Shown one piece after another: positions 19,750-28,963 of a stretch of 64,000 nt of DNA. Made by a program: the position numbers and the translations under genes. The stretch is from a virus. Lineage: Duplodnaviria; Heunggongvirae; Uroviricota; Caudoviricetes. The notes beneath the pieces are model-generated. The model was not told where the DNA came from. It worked only from the letters and a program-made list of their open reading frames with translations, and did not search any database. The stretch spans positions 40,861 to 104,860 of the IMG/VR virus record IMGVR_UViG_3300024507_000282; one strand, written 5' to 3'. Position 1 is the first letter of the stretch. Each line of letters starts with the position of its first letter.

Positions 19750-20133
19750 ATGCACTTAGAAGGCCCGTGGCTTAGTACCACTGGCAAAAAGAAAGGCAAA
19801 CAAAAGTTTCGTTCTGCTGAACATGCCAAAAAGGCTAGAGAGTTAGACGAAAGTTGGAAGGCACTTCAAAAGAAGTGGGCCATCGAAGCCGAAGATAAAA
19901 AACGTAAGCGTGGACTAGCGGCACCGACGATGAATCCGGTAGTCAACAAGCCATTCGTTAGAGAAACACCAAAGATTGCTAGTTTACCATTTACTGGCGG
20001 TCCTTGTTTAAAAGCACCAGATAAAGTTTATACAGGCACAATGATCAAAGGCATCGGTACTATGCACAAGAGTAATGCAGTTCCAATTTTTAGTAATGAA
20101 GAAGCCGTAGAAATCTCCAAAATGAGAAGATAG
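19750..20133 (+). CDS. basic hypothetical protein
   Basis: ORF downstream of consensus promoter; ATG 19750 preferred over TTG 19732. Confidence 0.45.
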   Translation: MHLEGPWLSTTGKKKGKQKFRSAEHAKKARELDESWKALQKKWAIEAEDKKRKRGLAAPTMNPVVNKPFVRETPKIASLPFTGGPCLKAPDKVYTGTMIKGIGTMHKSNAVPIFSNEEAVEISKMRR

Positions 20134-20442
20134 GGCCTATTTAACTAGTGATTTTGGAATTATGAACTATATATTTGTACGTTTCGCAAAGAAACTAAGA
20201 TAGTTGGATTAAAGTATGTCACAAGCAGAAACAATCCTGCGAGTCTTGGCCAATTGGAAACCCGTGAGATTCGGGCGGTCAAGTTCGCCAAAGGCACACA
20301 AGTTATGAGATTGTGCGTCCAATGGAGACAACTACACGAACCCAGGGTTCTTTAATTGAGCCTCGTGAAGTTAACTCCCTTAATGTAATGTTGTTGCGGT
20401 GCAATATTATGCCCAAAATAACACTAAGTGAAAGGAGGACTT

Positions 20443-20997
20443 ATGGAAAAGTCATTTAGATTAGTATCCTATTTTTTAGGATTAGTTATGGTTGCCGTTT
20501 TGGTTCAAACTGTAACGACTACAAAGTTTCAGTCGTTGCGTGAACGAGGCGGGCTATACTCACAGGACGTAGTGTCTATCAAGACACGAGAGCGTCAATT
20601 AGATTGTTTGGCAATCAACATTTATCGCGAAGCAGGTTATGAGCCATTCGAAGGTAAGGTTGCTGTTGCCCAAGTAACAATGAACCGTGTTGCATCAGGC
20701 AAATTTGGACAAGATGTCTGCGGTGTCGTTTACCAAAAGAACGTAATTATGGAAAAAGTTGTGTGCCAATTTTCATGGGCATGTGACTCTGCGGCAAAAA
20801 CTAAACCTGTAAACAAGGAGGCTTATAATGAAAGTTACGAAGTTGCTAAGAAGGTTTTACTTGAGAATTTCAGATTGGACGTTCTCAAAGATGCTTTATA
20901 CTATCATGCCTCCTACGTCAACCCAAGATGGAATTTGGAAAAAATAGGCAAAATTGGACAACACATTTTTTATAAAGGCAAGGAAACCAAAATATGA
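20443..20997 (+). CDS. SleB-type cell-wall hydrolase with N-terminal signal-anchor (SAR-endolysin-like)
   Basis: AAAGGAGGA SD; TM FRLVSYFLGLVMVAVLV; SleB blocks LAINIYREAG, VAQVTMNRV, CQFSW. Confidence 0.65.
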   Translation: MEKSFRLVSYFLGLVMVAVLVQTVTTTKFQSLRERGGLYSQDVVSIKTRERQLDCLAINIYREAGYEPFEGKVAVAQVTMNRVASGKFGQDVCGVVYQKNVIMEKVVCQFSWACDSAAKTKPVNKEAYNESYEVAKKVLLENFRLDVLKDALYYHASYVNPRWNLEKIGKIGQHIFYKGKETKI

Positions 20998-21296
20998 TTA
21001 ATAATATTGATCAACTCAAAGAGTTTGTTACTACCAAAGTATCTCAAATTTCCGCAGAAACATTTGGTTGGTTAGCAGTCATTGTATTACACGCTAGTAC
21101 CATTCCAAGTTTGTTAGCAGTAATGAGTGGACTTACAGATAGACTACCAGCAGTTGATTTGGTACTGTTAGTTTGGTCCGGACTTGCGCTGTTGTTTGTC
21201 AAAGCCGCTGTCCAAAAGGATATGCTAAATGTAGTTACAATTGGCTTTGGTTTTATTGTTCAAGCCGTTTTAATGGCATTGATATTCTTTAAGTAA
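20994..21296 (+). CDS. small 3-TM membrane protein (holin candidate)
   Basis: ATGA overlap with hydrolase gene; 100 aa with three hydrophobic helices. Confidence 0.45.
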   Translation: MINNIDQLKEFVTTKVSQISAETFGWLAVIVLHASTIPSLLAVMSGLTDRLPAVDLVLLVWSGLALLFVKAAVQKDMLNVVTIGFGFIVQAVLMALIFFK

Positions 21297-21383
21297 TTCG
21301 ATTACCAAACCAGTTGACACCACCTTCGGGTGGTGTTATACTTTTAACTGTCGTAAATTGTTTCACACACAGAAAGGCACATT

Positions 21384-21848
21384 ATGAAAAAGGCACTTTT
21401 GGCAATATCTATGGTAAGTATTCTTTCTGCTTGTTCAAGCATGAAGGAAATTGAAGTCCGTAAAACTGCGGCACACCCAAGTTGGTATGCTGATTGCGAA
21501 CAACGAGGCAAAGAAGGCTGGTTTTGGGCACGTGAGGGTTATGTCTATTCTTGCGGTATGGGCGAAAGTCGTTACCAGCAAGCATCAGAAGCACAAGCAG
21601 ATGCCTTTGCATTAGACGGCTTTGCCAAACGCTTAGGTAGTCGAGTCAATTCTTTGACTAAAGTAGAAATTATCGACGAACGAAAGGCTACTCAGACCCG
21701 AGTAGAAACATCTACTGGTAACCAATTGATACAAGATCAATTAGAGTCTAAGAAACATCAGTACTCGTTAAACGGACAATATTACACTTATGTTCGTTTG
21801 AAAATGACTGAAGATACTTTCAATCGTCTTAAGGCAAAGGCTCAGTAA
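21384..21848 (+). CDS. lipoprotein
   Basis: signal peptide with lipobox LSAC. Confidence 0.55.
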   Translation: MKKALLAISMVSILSACSSMKEIEVRKTAAHPSWYADCEQRGKEGWFWAREGYVYSCGMGESRYQQASEAQADAFALDGFAKRLGSRVNSLTKVEIIDERKATQTRVETSTGNQLIQDQLESKKHQYSLNGQYYTYVRLKMTEDTFNRLKAKAQ

Positions 21849-22186
21849 TGACACACCCTTATACAGTTAAGAACTATCTGTGGTTAGCAATAATTGTAAT
21901 GTTTGTGATTATTGCTCTACTCTCGGGCTGTAGTTCTGCTCCTACTAAAACGGCACAGTTTTGTAACACATCAAAAACTATCGAAGTAGTCGATGGAGCC
22001 AATGTGTCTAGCAAAACTACTGTAAGATGCTCCGATGATTTTATTGAACGTCATGTTCCTGCAAGAATTGGCGTAGATCAAAATTGTCGTCCTGTAGTTA
22101 CACAATATGGAAGAAACTATGTTTGCGAAACACATCGTCAAGGTCATTACGTTTACATTTCTGACCCTGCTAATCTGTCAAACTAG
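21848..22186 (+). CDS. small membrane-anchored lipoprotein-like protein
   Basis: ATGA overlap; TM then LLSGC lipobox-like motif; Cys-rich. Confidence 0.45.
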   Translation: MTHPYTVKNYLWLAIIVMFVIIALLSGCSSAPTKTAQFCNTSKTIEVVDGANVSSKTTVRCSDDFIERHVPARIGVDQNCRPVVTQYGRNYVCETHRQGHYVYISDPANLSN

Positions 22187-22565
22187 TCAGGCTTCAGATC
22201 TCCGTGTTCCATTAAGTGCAACCGGAGGTGTGAGAAATGATTACGATTATCCTGGAAGTGCTGTTAGTGTTTTTGCCAACCTAATTAAAAGTTGGGATGG
22301 CGCATTGAGTAAAGAAGATAGACGTAGACACACAAATGCTGTTATACTAACATTAGAATCTGTACCAGATGGACAGGTTATGGAGTGGTATAACAACACA
22401 GAAGAATCGTGGGGTAAAATTAAACCGGTATTGTCTTGGCATGTTCAAGGCGGTGTATGCCGTAAATTAATTACTCTAGTTTATAAACAAGGCAAAAGTA
22501 GAGAATATGAAGAAGTTGGTTGCTATACATTAGATAGTCAGTTTTGGACTTTTGCTCGCCAATAA
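22107..22565 (+). CDS. secreted protein, overlaps previous gene out of frame
   Basis: signal peptide FTFLTLLICQTSQA; 80-nt overlap resembles overlapped spanin gene architecture. Confidence 0.45.
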   Translation: MEETMFAKHIVKVITFTFLTLLICQTSQASDLRVPLSATGGVRNDYDYPGSAVSVFANLIKSWDGALSKEDRRRHTNAVILTLESVPDGQVMEWYNNTEESWGKIKPVLSWHVQGGVCRKLITLVYKQGKSREYEEVGCYTLDSQFWTFARQ

Positions 22566-22575
22566 ATAATAGATT

Positions 22576-23943
22576 ATGCGATATCAAACTAGTGACAAAC
22601 TAATTGCTTGGCTAACATTGTTCAGCGGATTAACCATATCCGCTGTAGCCATTTATTACAGCGTAGCGGGCCTAATGGCCATTTTCTCTGCGGCTGTTAT
22701 TCCTATCATTGTTATGGGTGTAGCCCTAGAAGTTAGTAAGTTAGCCGCAACTGTTTGGCTAAAACAAAATTGGTCCAGGGCACCTAACTTTATTAGAGGT
22801 TATCTATTATCCGCTATTGCTATACTAATGCTTATTACCTCTATGGGTATTTTTGGTTTCTTATCCAAAGCACACAGTGACCAAAGTCTAGTAAGCGGCG
22901 ATGTTCAAAGTAAGATTGCTATCTATGATGAAAAGATCAAAACCGAAAAAGAAAATATTGAAGCAAACCGTAAAGCACTTAAACAGATGGATGAAGGAGT
23001 GGACCAAGTATTGGGTCGCTCAGCAGATGAAAAAGGTGCCGACAAGGCTGTGGCTTTGCGTAAGTCCCAGCAGAAAGAACGTGCTAGACTTCAAGCAGAA
23101 ATATCACAGTCGCAGAAGTCTATCGCGGAACTTAATGATGCCCGTGCGCCTATTGCCGCCGAGGTACGCAAGGTCGAAGCCGAAGTTGGTCCAATTAAGT
23201 ATATCGCATCGTTTGTCTATGGCGAGACAAATGAAACGATTTTAGAAAAAGCAGTTACCTGGGTAATCATTATTATTGTTATAGTATTTGACCCATTGGC
23301 TGTTATTTTGTTGCTGGCTAGCCAATATAGTTTCCAATGGTTTAGGAAACAAGAAGAGGAAGAACCTGAGCCAGCGCCAATTGTGCCAACTCCAATTGAT
23401 GCACAGAATGAACCTAAATACGAAGCAGACGATGGTCCATTAGTCGAAGAGCAAGTCGAACAGATTAAAGAAAGTGCTGATCCGCATCCAATTGGTTGGA
23501 TGTATCCTAAACACGCAGACATCCAAAACTATCAAGTAGAAGATGCCGACGATGAAGATGCTGAAATAGTAGAACATGCTAGATCTTATATTCCAGAAGA
23601 AGAAAAGGACATTGTTGAAGACATTGGACTAGAGCAATGGAATAAAATGATTGAAGAAGCAGAACGCGAACTTGAAAAAGAAAAAGAAGCCAAGCGCATT
23701 TGGAAGGAACAGAATCCAGATGACACTATTAAGCATCAGGAAAAATTAAAAGAATCTGGTGTAATTGAAGAGTTACCTTGGAAGGAAACTTTGGACGAGC
23801 GTCCTGGGGATTATATATCCGAAGTAACAGGAGACAGATACAAGCCCGATCTTACAGAAGTCATAGAACCTGACAGTTCAAAAAAAAAGACAACCTACAT
23901 AGTGAAGGAACAGAATCAACAAGTGACCAAGACCAAGGAGTAA
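22576..23943 (+). CDS. membrane protein: N-terminal TM bundle, coiled coil, internal TM, acidic tail
   Basis: hydropathy plus heptad repeats; tail EEEPEPAPIV..DADDEDAEIVE. Confidence 0.5.
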   Translation: MRYQTSDKLIAWLTLFSGLTISAVAIYYSVAGLMAIFSAAVIPIIVMGVALEVSKLAATVWLKQNWSRAPNFIRGYLLSAIAILMLITSMGIFGFLSKAHSDQSLVSGDVQSKIAIYDEKIKTEKENIEANRKALKQMDEGVDQVLGRSADEKGADKAVALRKSQQKERARLQAEISQSQKSIAELNDARAPIAAEVRKVEAEVGPIKYIASFVYGETNETILEKAVTWVIIIIVIVFDPLAVILLLASQYSFQWFRKQEEEEPEPAPIVPTPIDAQNEPKYEADDGPLVEEQVEQIKESADPHPIGWMYPKHADIQNYQVEDADDEDAEIVEHARSYIPEEEKDIVEDIGLEQWNKMIEEAERELEKEKEAKRIWKEQNPDDTIKHQEKLKESGVIEELPWKETLDERPGDYISEVTGDRYKPDLTEVIEPDSSKKKTTYIVKEQNQQVTKTKE

Positions 23944-23980
23944 CCTACGTCCAAAACGCTGAACAAGACACAGAGACATT

Positions 23981-24373
23981 ATGGCAGAGAATACAAAGAA
24001 GAAAATCAAAATCATAACCGCTCCGGATCGTATATACGATCAAAGTCAAACAATGCTAGTTATTACTCCTAGCGACACACTCAAAGACGCTGTACAGGAA
24101 TATGCTTTAGACTGTAGTGAACACTTAAACATATATCTGTACACAGGCGACGAAGACAACATAGCATGGTTACTCAGCGTAGCCAATTCCGTCGACACTA
24201 TTCTTATAGATATGGATAATAGTCCTGTAAGTATAAGCCAGTTCTTTGCTTACATTTTGAGTATTCCTACTACATACTATAGATGCACGAATATGCAAGC
24301 ACCTTGGGATTTAATAAATAAAAATCGTTTTTACGACTTTCCAAAATTAACAGAGGAAGATAATGAGGGATAA
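23981..24373 (+). CDS. hypothetical protein
   Basis: 130 aa ORF. Confidence 0.5.
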   Translation: MAENTKKKIKIITAPDRIYDQSQTMLVITPSDTLKDAVQEYALDCSEHLNIYLYTGDEDNIAWLLSVANSVDTILIDMDNSPVSISQFFAYILSIPTTYYRCTNMQAPWDLINKNRFYDFPKLTEEDNEG

Positions 24374-24596
24374 ACAACTACGTGGTAGTGGAGTTACTGT
24401 AAAAGACGGTGAACCCGTTGAAAGAGCTCTACGCCGTTTCAAAAAGAAAATACAGGATAGCGGATTATTGCAGGAACTAAGAGATCGCGAGTTCTATGAA
24501 AAGCCAACAACTGCTCGTAAGCGAGCAAAGTCTGCGGCTAAGAATCGTTGGCAAAAAGAACTGCGTAAACAACAACTACCTAAAAAAATGTATTAA
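24363..24596 (+). CDS. rpsU: ribosomal protein bS21 homologue
   Basis: ALRRFKKKIQDSGLLQELRDREFYEKPTTARKRAKSAA closely matches the bacterial S21 core. Confidence 0.8.
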   Translation: MRDKQLRGSGVTVKDGEPVERALRRFKKKIQDSGLLQELRDREFYEKPTTARKRAKSAAKNRWQKELRKQQLPKKMY

Positions 24597-24598
24597 AA

Positions 24599-24883
24599 AT
24601 GGACGAACAAAATAACGAAGTTATGGACATTCTGCAGGAAGAGTGTGCAGAAGTTATTCAAGCAGTAAGTAAAATTAGGCGTTTTGGCATAGACAATGCT
24701 AAACACGGAACAGAGCAGACCAATCGACAGCACCTAGAAGAAGAACTAGGGGATATGCTGGCTATGATTGATATACTAATGATCAACGAAGTAGTCAGTT
24801 GGGGCAAATTGCACGAAGCAAAAAGGGCAAAAGTCGAAAAGTTAAAAAAATGGTCTAAAATACCAAATTTAGATAAAATCTGA
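24599..24883 (+). CDS. mazG: MazG-like nucleotide pyrophosphohydrolase (small single-domain type)
   Basis: EExxE and EELGD metal-binding helices in a 94-aa four-helix protein. Confidence 0.6.
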   Translation: MDEQNNEVMDILQEECAEVIQAVSKIRRFGIDNAKHGTEQTNRQHLEEELGDMLAMIDILMINEVVSWGKLHEAKRAKVEKLKKWSKIPNLDKI

Positions 24884-24891
24884 TATAAATA
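24884..24891 (+). promoter_or_regulatory. T4-type late promoter box TATAAATA upstream of dnaK
   Basis: exact octamer 83 nt before dnaK ATG. Confidence 0.4.
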
Positions 24892-24924
24892 ATTTTGTAG
24901 AACGCCAATAGGGTTTTACGAAAC

Positions 24925-24973
24925 GGGCAGTTGCCCACAATTAAAATCTTGCTTAATTATAAGGAGAAATGTT
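24925..24973 (+). promoter_or_regulatory. conserved 5' leader (hairpin + AAAATCTTGCTTAATTATAAGGAGA) of dnaK
   Basis: GGGCAgttGCCC hairpin then a block near-identical to the hsp20 leader. Confidence 0.45.
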
Positions 24974-26839
24974 ATGAGCAAAGTCATCGGTATCGACTTG
25001 GGTACTACCAATTCATGCGTAGCAGTCATCGAGTCAGGAAATTCCAAAGTTATTGAAAACAGCGAAGGTGCAAGAACTACACCTAGTATTGTTGCCTATT
25101 CTACAGACGAAGTACTTGTAGGTGCTAGTGCTAAACGTCAAGCAGTAACAAATCCCAAAAACACAATCTATGCGGCCAAGCGTCTTATTGGACGTAAGTT
25201 CAAAGAACAGGCTGTACAAAAAGATATTGACCTAATGCCTTACGAAATCATGGAATCCAAGAATGGAGATGCATGGGTTCGCGCACAGGGTAAAGAATTA
25301 GCACCTCCGCAGATTAGTGCTGAAGTTCTGCGTAAGATGAAAAAGACAGCAGAGGATTATTTAGGTGAAAAAGTTACTCAAGCAGTTATCACAGTTCCCG
25401 CATACTTTAATGACAGCCAAAGACAGGCAACTAAGGATGCTGGAAAAATCGCAGGCTTGGAAGTATTGCGTATTATTAACGAGCCTACTGCGGCAGCTCT
25501 TGCTTATGGTGTTGATAAAAACGACAAAGCAGATCGCAAAGTTGCTGTTTATGACCTTGGTGGTGGTACTTTCGATGTATCGATCATTGAAATTGCCAAC
25601 GTGGATGGCGAAAAACAAATCGAAGTACTAAGCACTAACGGCGACACATTCTTAGGTGGTGAAGACTTTGACCAACGTATTATGGACTACTTGGTCGACG
25701 AGTTTAAGAAAGAGTCAGGCATGAACCTTAAGAAAGACATGTTGGCCTTACAACGTCTAAAAGAAGCCGCTGAAAAAGCCAAGATTGAGTTATCTAGCAG
25801 TGCCAGCACTGATGTTAACTTACCTTACATCACAGCAGACGCAAGTGGTCCTAAGCACATGAATGTTAAGATTACTCGTGCTAAGTTAGAAGCATTGGTA
25901 GAAGAACTAATCCAACGTAGTATCGAACCATGTAAGGTTGCTATGAAGGATGCAGGTGTTACTCCATCAGAAATTGACGAAGTTATTCTTGTTGGTGGGC
26001 AAACACGTATGCCCAAGGTACAAGAAGCAGTTGAAAAACTATTCGGTAAGGCTCCACGCAAAGACGTTAACCCAGACGAAGCAGTAGCAGTTGGTGCGGC
26101 TATTCAAGGTTCAGTACTAGCAGGTGATCGTACAGACGTTCTATTGTTAGACGTAACACCATTGTCACTAGGCATTGAAACTATGGGAGGTGTGTTTACT
26201 AAACTTGTACAAAAGAACACAACTATACCTACTAAGGCTAGCCAAGTGTTTAGCACAGCAGAAGATAATCAACCAGCAGTTGATATCAAAGTAGCACAAG
26301 GCGAGCGTGAACTATTCCAATACAACAAACTCCTGGGTGAGTTTAAGTTAGACGGTATTGCTCCAGCACGTCGTGGCACTCCACAGATTGAAGTTACATT
26401 TGACATCGATGCTAACGGCATTATGAAAATTAGTGCTAAAGATAAAAACACCGGCAAAGAAAATCAAATCACAATTAAGAGTGACAGTGGTCTAAGCAAA
26501 GAGCAGATCGAACAAATGGTTCGTGATGCAGAAGTTAATGCCGAATCAGATAAGAAGGCACGTGAACTTATCGATGCTAGGAACACAGCCGAGGCGTTGA
26601 TCAACAATGTTGAAAACGACATGAAAGAAACAACACTTTCAGACACAGATAAAACAAAGATCGAAGATGCTGTTAAAGCACTTCAAACAGAATTGACAGG
26701 TTCTGACAAAGACGCTATCGTACAAAAGACTAGCGAACTAGCAGTGGCCAGTCAAGCGATTGCACAGGCCAAACAGGACAAGCCATTTGAACCTGTTCAG
26801 GAAGATGCAATCAATGCCGAGTTTAAGGAAACAAACTAA
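24974..26839 (+). CDS. dnaK: molecular chaperone DnaK (Hsp70)
   Basis: [29 protein letters not shown] signatures; 621 aa. Confidence 0.9.
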   Translation: MSKVIGIDLGTTNSCVAVIESGNSKVIENSEGARTTPSIVAYSTDEVLVGASAKRQAVTNPKNTIYAAKRLIGRKFKEQAVQKDIDLMPYEIMESKNGDAWVRAQGKELAPPQISAEVLRKMKKTAEDYLGEKVTQAVITVPAYFNDSQRQATKDAGKIAGLEVLRIINEPTAAALAYGVDKNDKADRKVAVYDLGGGTFDVSIIEIANVDGEKQIEVLSTNGDTFLGGEDFDQRIMDYLVDEFKKESGMNLKKDMLALQRLKEAAEKAKIELSSSASTDVNLPYITADASGPKHMNVKITRAKLEALVEELIQRSIEPCKVAMKDAGVTPSEIDEVILVGGQTRMPKVQEAVEKLFGKAPRKDVNPDEAVAVGAAIQGSVLAGDRTDVLLLDVTPLSLGIETMGGVFTKLVQKNTTIPTKASQVFSTAEDNQPAVDIKVAQGERELFQYNKLLGEFKLDGIAPARRGTPQIEVTFDIDANGIMKISAKDKNTGKENQITIKSDSGLSKEQIEQMVRDAEVNAESDKKARELIDARNTAEALINNVENDMKETTLSDTDKTKIEDAVKALQTELTGSDKDAIVQKTSELAVASQAIAQAKQDKPFEPVQEDAINAEFKETN

Positions 26840-26848
26840 ACTCGTTAT

Positions 26849-26905
26849 GTAGGGTGCCCGGGTGGGGCCCTACTAAAATTCTTGCTTAATTAAAGGAGAT
26901 ATAAA
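26849..26905 (+). promoter_or_regulatory. stable hairpin plus the same conserved leader, preceding hsp20
   Basis: GTAGGG..CCCTAC hairpin without T-tract, then AAAATTCTTGCTTAATTAAAGGAGA. Confidence 0.45.
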
Positions 26906-27352
26906 ATGACACAATTAACACGTTTTGACACAGCCGCTCTAAACAGAGCATTAATCGGTTTCGACAATCTATTCGATACTTTCGAAACACGCTTTGCACA
27001 TCAGATTTCGAACAACTATCCTCCATATAATATTGAAAAGTCTGGAGAAAACCAGTATAATATAGTTGTTGCTGTAGCAGGATTCGGTAAAGATGAAGTT
27101 GCAGTAGAAGTGGAAGGTGATCAATTAACTATTCGCGGCGAGAAGGCAATCAATGCTAACGAAGGCGAATACCAAGTTGAGTACTTACACAGAGGTCTTG
27201 CTTTCCGTGATTTCGAACGTAGATTTACTCTAGCAGAACACATGGAAATCAAGTCAGCAGAAATTAAGGATGGTGTGCTTACAATTCAAATCGAGCGCAT
27301 TGTTCCTGAAGCACTTCTGCCACGTAAGATTGAAGTGAAAGAAGTTAAGTAA
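26906..27352 (+). CDS. small heat-shock protein (Hsp20/IbpA family)
   Basis: alpha-crystallin domain; IbpA-like N-terminus. Confidence 0.85.
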   Translation: MTQLTRFDTAALNRALIGFDNLFDTFETRFAHQISNNYPPYNIEKSGENQYNIVVAVAGFGKDEVAVEVEGDQLTIRGEKAINANEGEYQVEYLHRGLAFRDFERRFTLAEHMEIKSAEIKDGVLTIQIERIVPEALLPRKIEVKEVK

Positions 27353-27354
27353 AA

Positions 27355-27378
27355 AATCGGGGGCTCCGGCCCCCACTA
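27355..27378. terminator. GC-rich hairpin (terminator-like)
   Basis: GGGGGCtccgGCCCCC after hsp20 stop; T-tract only on the opposite strand. Confidence 0.35.
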
Positions 27379-27407
27379 ATAAATACCATTAAGAATGGAG
27401 GGCCAAT

Positions 27408-27716
27408 ATGCCAACTGTAGACACCGAAATTAAAATTGACGAAAAGATTAAAATCGATATCACTGAACCTAAGCGTTACAAGGTATTGTTTTTAAATGAT
27501 AACAAAACTCCAATCGACTTTGTTATTGAATTACTAATGACTGTGTTTAAGCACTCCAGAGAAAATGCTGAACAGATTACATTAACTGTACACAATGAAG
27601 GTTCAGCAGTAGTAGGTGTTTATACCTACGAGATCGCCGAGCAGAAAGGTGTTGAGGCAACACACCTTGCACGTCAAGCAGGCTTCCCATTACAAATTAA
27701 AGTGGATTCCGAATGA
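27408..27716 (+). CDS. clpS: ClpS adaptor protein
   Basis: 102 aa; KVLFLNDNKTPIDFVIELLMTVF core typical of ClpS. Confidence 0.75.
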   Translation: MPTVDTEIKIDEKIKIDITEPKRYKVLFLNDNKTPIDFVIELLMTVFKHSRENAEQITLTVHNEGSAVVGVYTYEIAEQKGVEATHLARQAGFPLQIKVDSE

Positions 27717-28267
27717 GTCTAAAAGAACTTACACACGAGCAACATCGCAGAGCAGAAACAAGGCCTTTTGTTAAAGTCTTATTTTCAGGAAATGTAAATC
27801 CTAAACTATACGCAACATATCTAAAAAATCAACATCCAATGTATGAGATTTTAGAAGTCTGTGCTATGCCACATGGATTACTTTCCGGTCTACCAGAGAT
27901 ACGCAGAGCACCTGCAATTTTATCTGACTTCATAGAACTATGGGGCTCAGACAATCCTGAAGAACCAAAAATGTGTCCGGTAGTGGATGAATATATCAAA
28001 TATATTCTCAGCATCAAAGATGATCCTAAAAAGTTGATGGCACACATTTATGTACGTCACATGGGAGATTTATCAGGCGGTCAAATGATTGCTAAAAGAG
28101 TTCCAGGCAGTGGCAAATACTATCAGTTTGGAGACGAACCTGAAAAGATCAAAGAAGCAATTCGTGCAAAACTAGATGATAGTCTAGCAGATGAAGCAAG
28201 AGTATGTTTTGATTTTGCGGCAAAATTCTTTGATCAAATGATGGATATAGTTCCACACTATGAGTAA
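27713..28267 (+). CDS. heme oxygenase
   Basis: HemeO-family N-terminal helix; ATGA coupling to clpS and to the bilin reductase gene. Confidence 0.7.
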   Translation: MSLKELTHEQHRRAETRPFVKVLFSGNVNPKLYATYLKNQHPMYEILEVCAMPHGLLSGLPEIRRAPAILSDFIELWGSDNPEEPKMCPVVDEYIKYILSIKDDPKKLMAHIYVRHMGDLSGGQMIAKRVPGSGKYYQFGDEPEKIKEAIRAKLDDSLADEARVCFDFAAKFFDQMMDIVPHYE

Positions 28268-28940
28268 AGTATGGGACACGCTGATTGAAGTTCAGCATCT
28301 TTTAGAAAGCAGTTTTAATGAAACAGGAACAGAAATCTTTGAACCGGGCATGGATCGCTTTAATCAGCCTGGTTGGGTTAATCGTGTTTGGACCAGTGGG
28401 TCTTATCGCCGTGCTCACGTTGATGTTGTGGATGCTAGAGAAACCAAAGGACTCTGGATGATGCATTGTTGCATCTTCCCACACTTACACAATCCAGCAC
28501 CAATTTACGGCTTTGACGTTGTAGCAGGCAAGAATAAGATTACTGGCTGTTTTCATGATTACAGCAAAGCAGGAGATTCTAATCATCCTATGATGGAATG
28601 GTTTGCTGATTATGTTAAACGACTCGAATGGCGCAGAGAACGCCAACTACCAGAATGGGCTACCAACATATTCAGCCCTAGCATGGTAGCCGCAGGTAAT
28701 GTGCAGAGCGAAGAAGAACTAGCGCAGATTATAGAAATGGCTAAAGATACACTGGCACATTACTTAGAAACTGTAGCAGAAACTAATAATACTACTGAAA
28801 ATACCACAGAAGCGCAGAACTACTACGCAATCAATCAAAAATGTAACCCACATACTCCACGTGTAATGGCTAGTTTAGGCTTAGATGAAGAGGATGTTAG
28901 GGTATTCATACAGGAATGTTTGTTCCCAGAAATTCGCTAA
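28260..28940 (+). CDS. ferredoxin-dependent bilin reductase (PcyA/PebS/PcyX family)
   Basis: family-typical blocks WTSGSYRRAHVDVVD, MMHCCIFPH, GFDVV; sits downstream of heme oxygenase. Confidence 0.6.
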   Translation: MSKVWDTLIEVQHLLESSFNETGTEIFEPGMDRFNQPGWVNRVWTSGSYRRAHVDVVDARETKGLWMMHCCIFPHLHNPAPIYGFDVVAGKNKITGCFHDYSKAGDSNHPMMEWFADYVKRLEWRRERQLPEWATNIFSPSMVAAGNVQSEEELAQIIEMAKDTLAHYLETVAETNNTTENTTEAQNYYAINQKCNPHTPRVMASLGLDEEDVRVFIQECLFPEIR

Positions 28941-28963
28941 ATACAGAATAGACGGATTTTACC

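Noticed and set aside
24940-26905. Reading the shared CTTGCTTAATTA block upstream of dnaK and hsp20 as a T4 MotA-box middle promoter
   Set aside because: The -10 it would require falls on or after the start codon, and the block contains the SD itself. Hsp20 clearly starts at 26906, since its N-terminus aligns with IbpA. It is kept only as a 5'UTR element.
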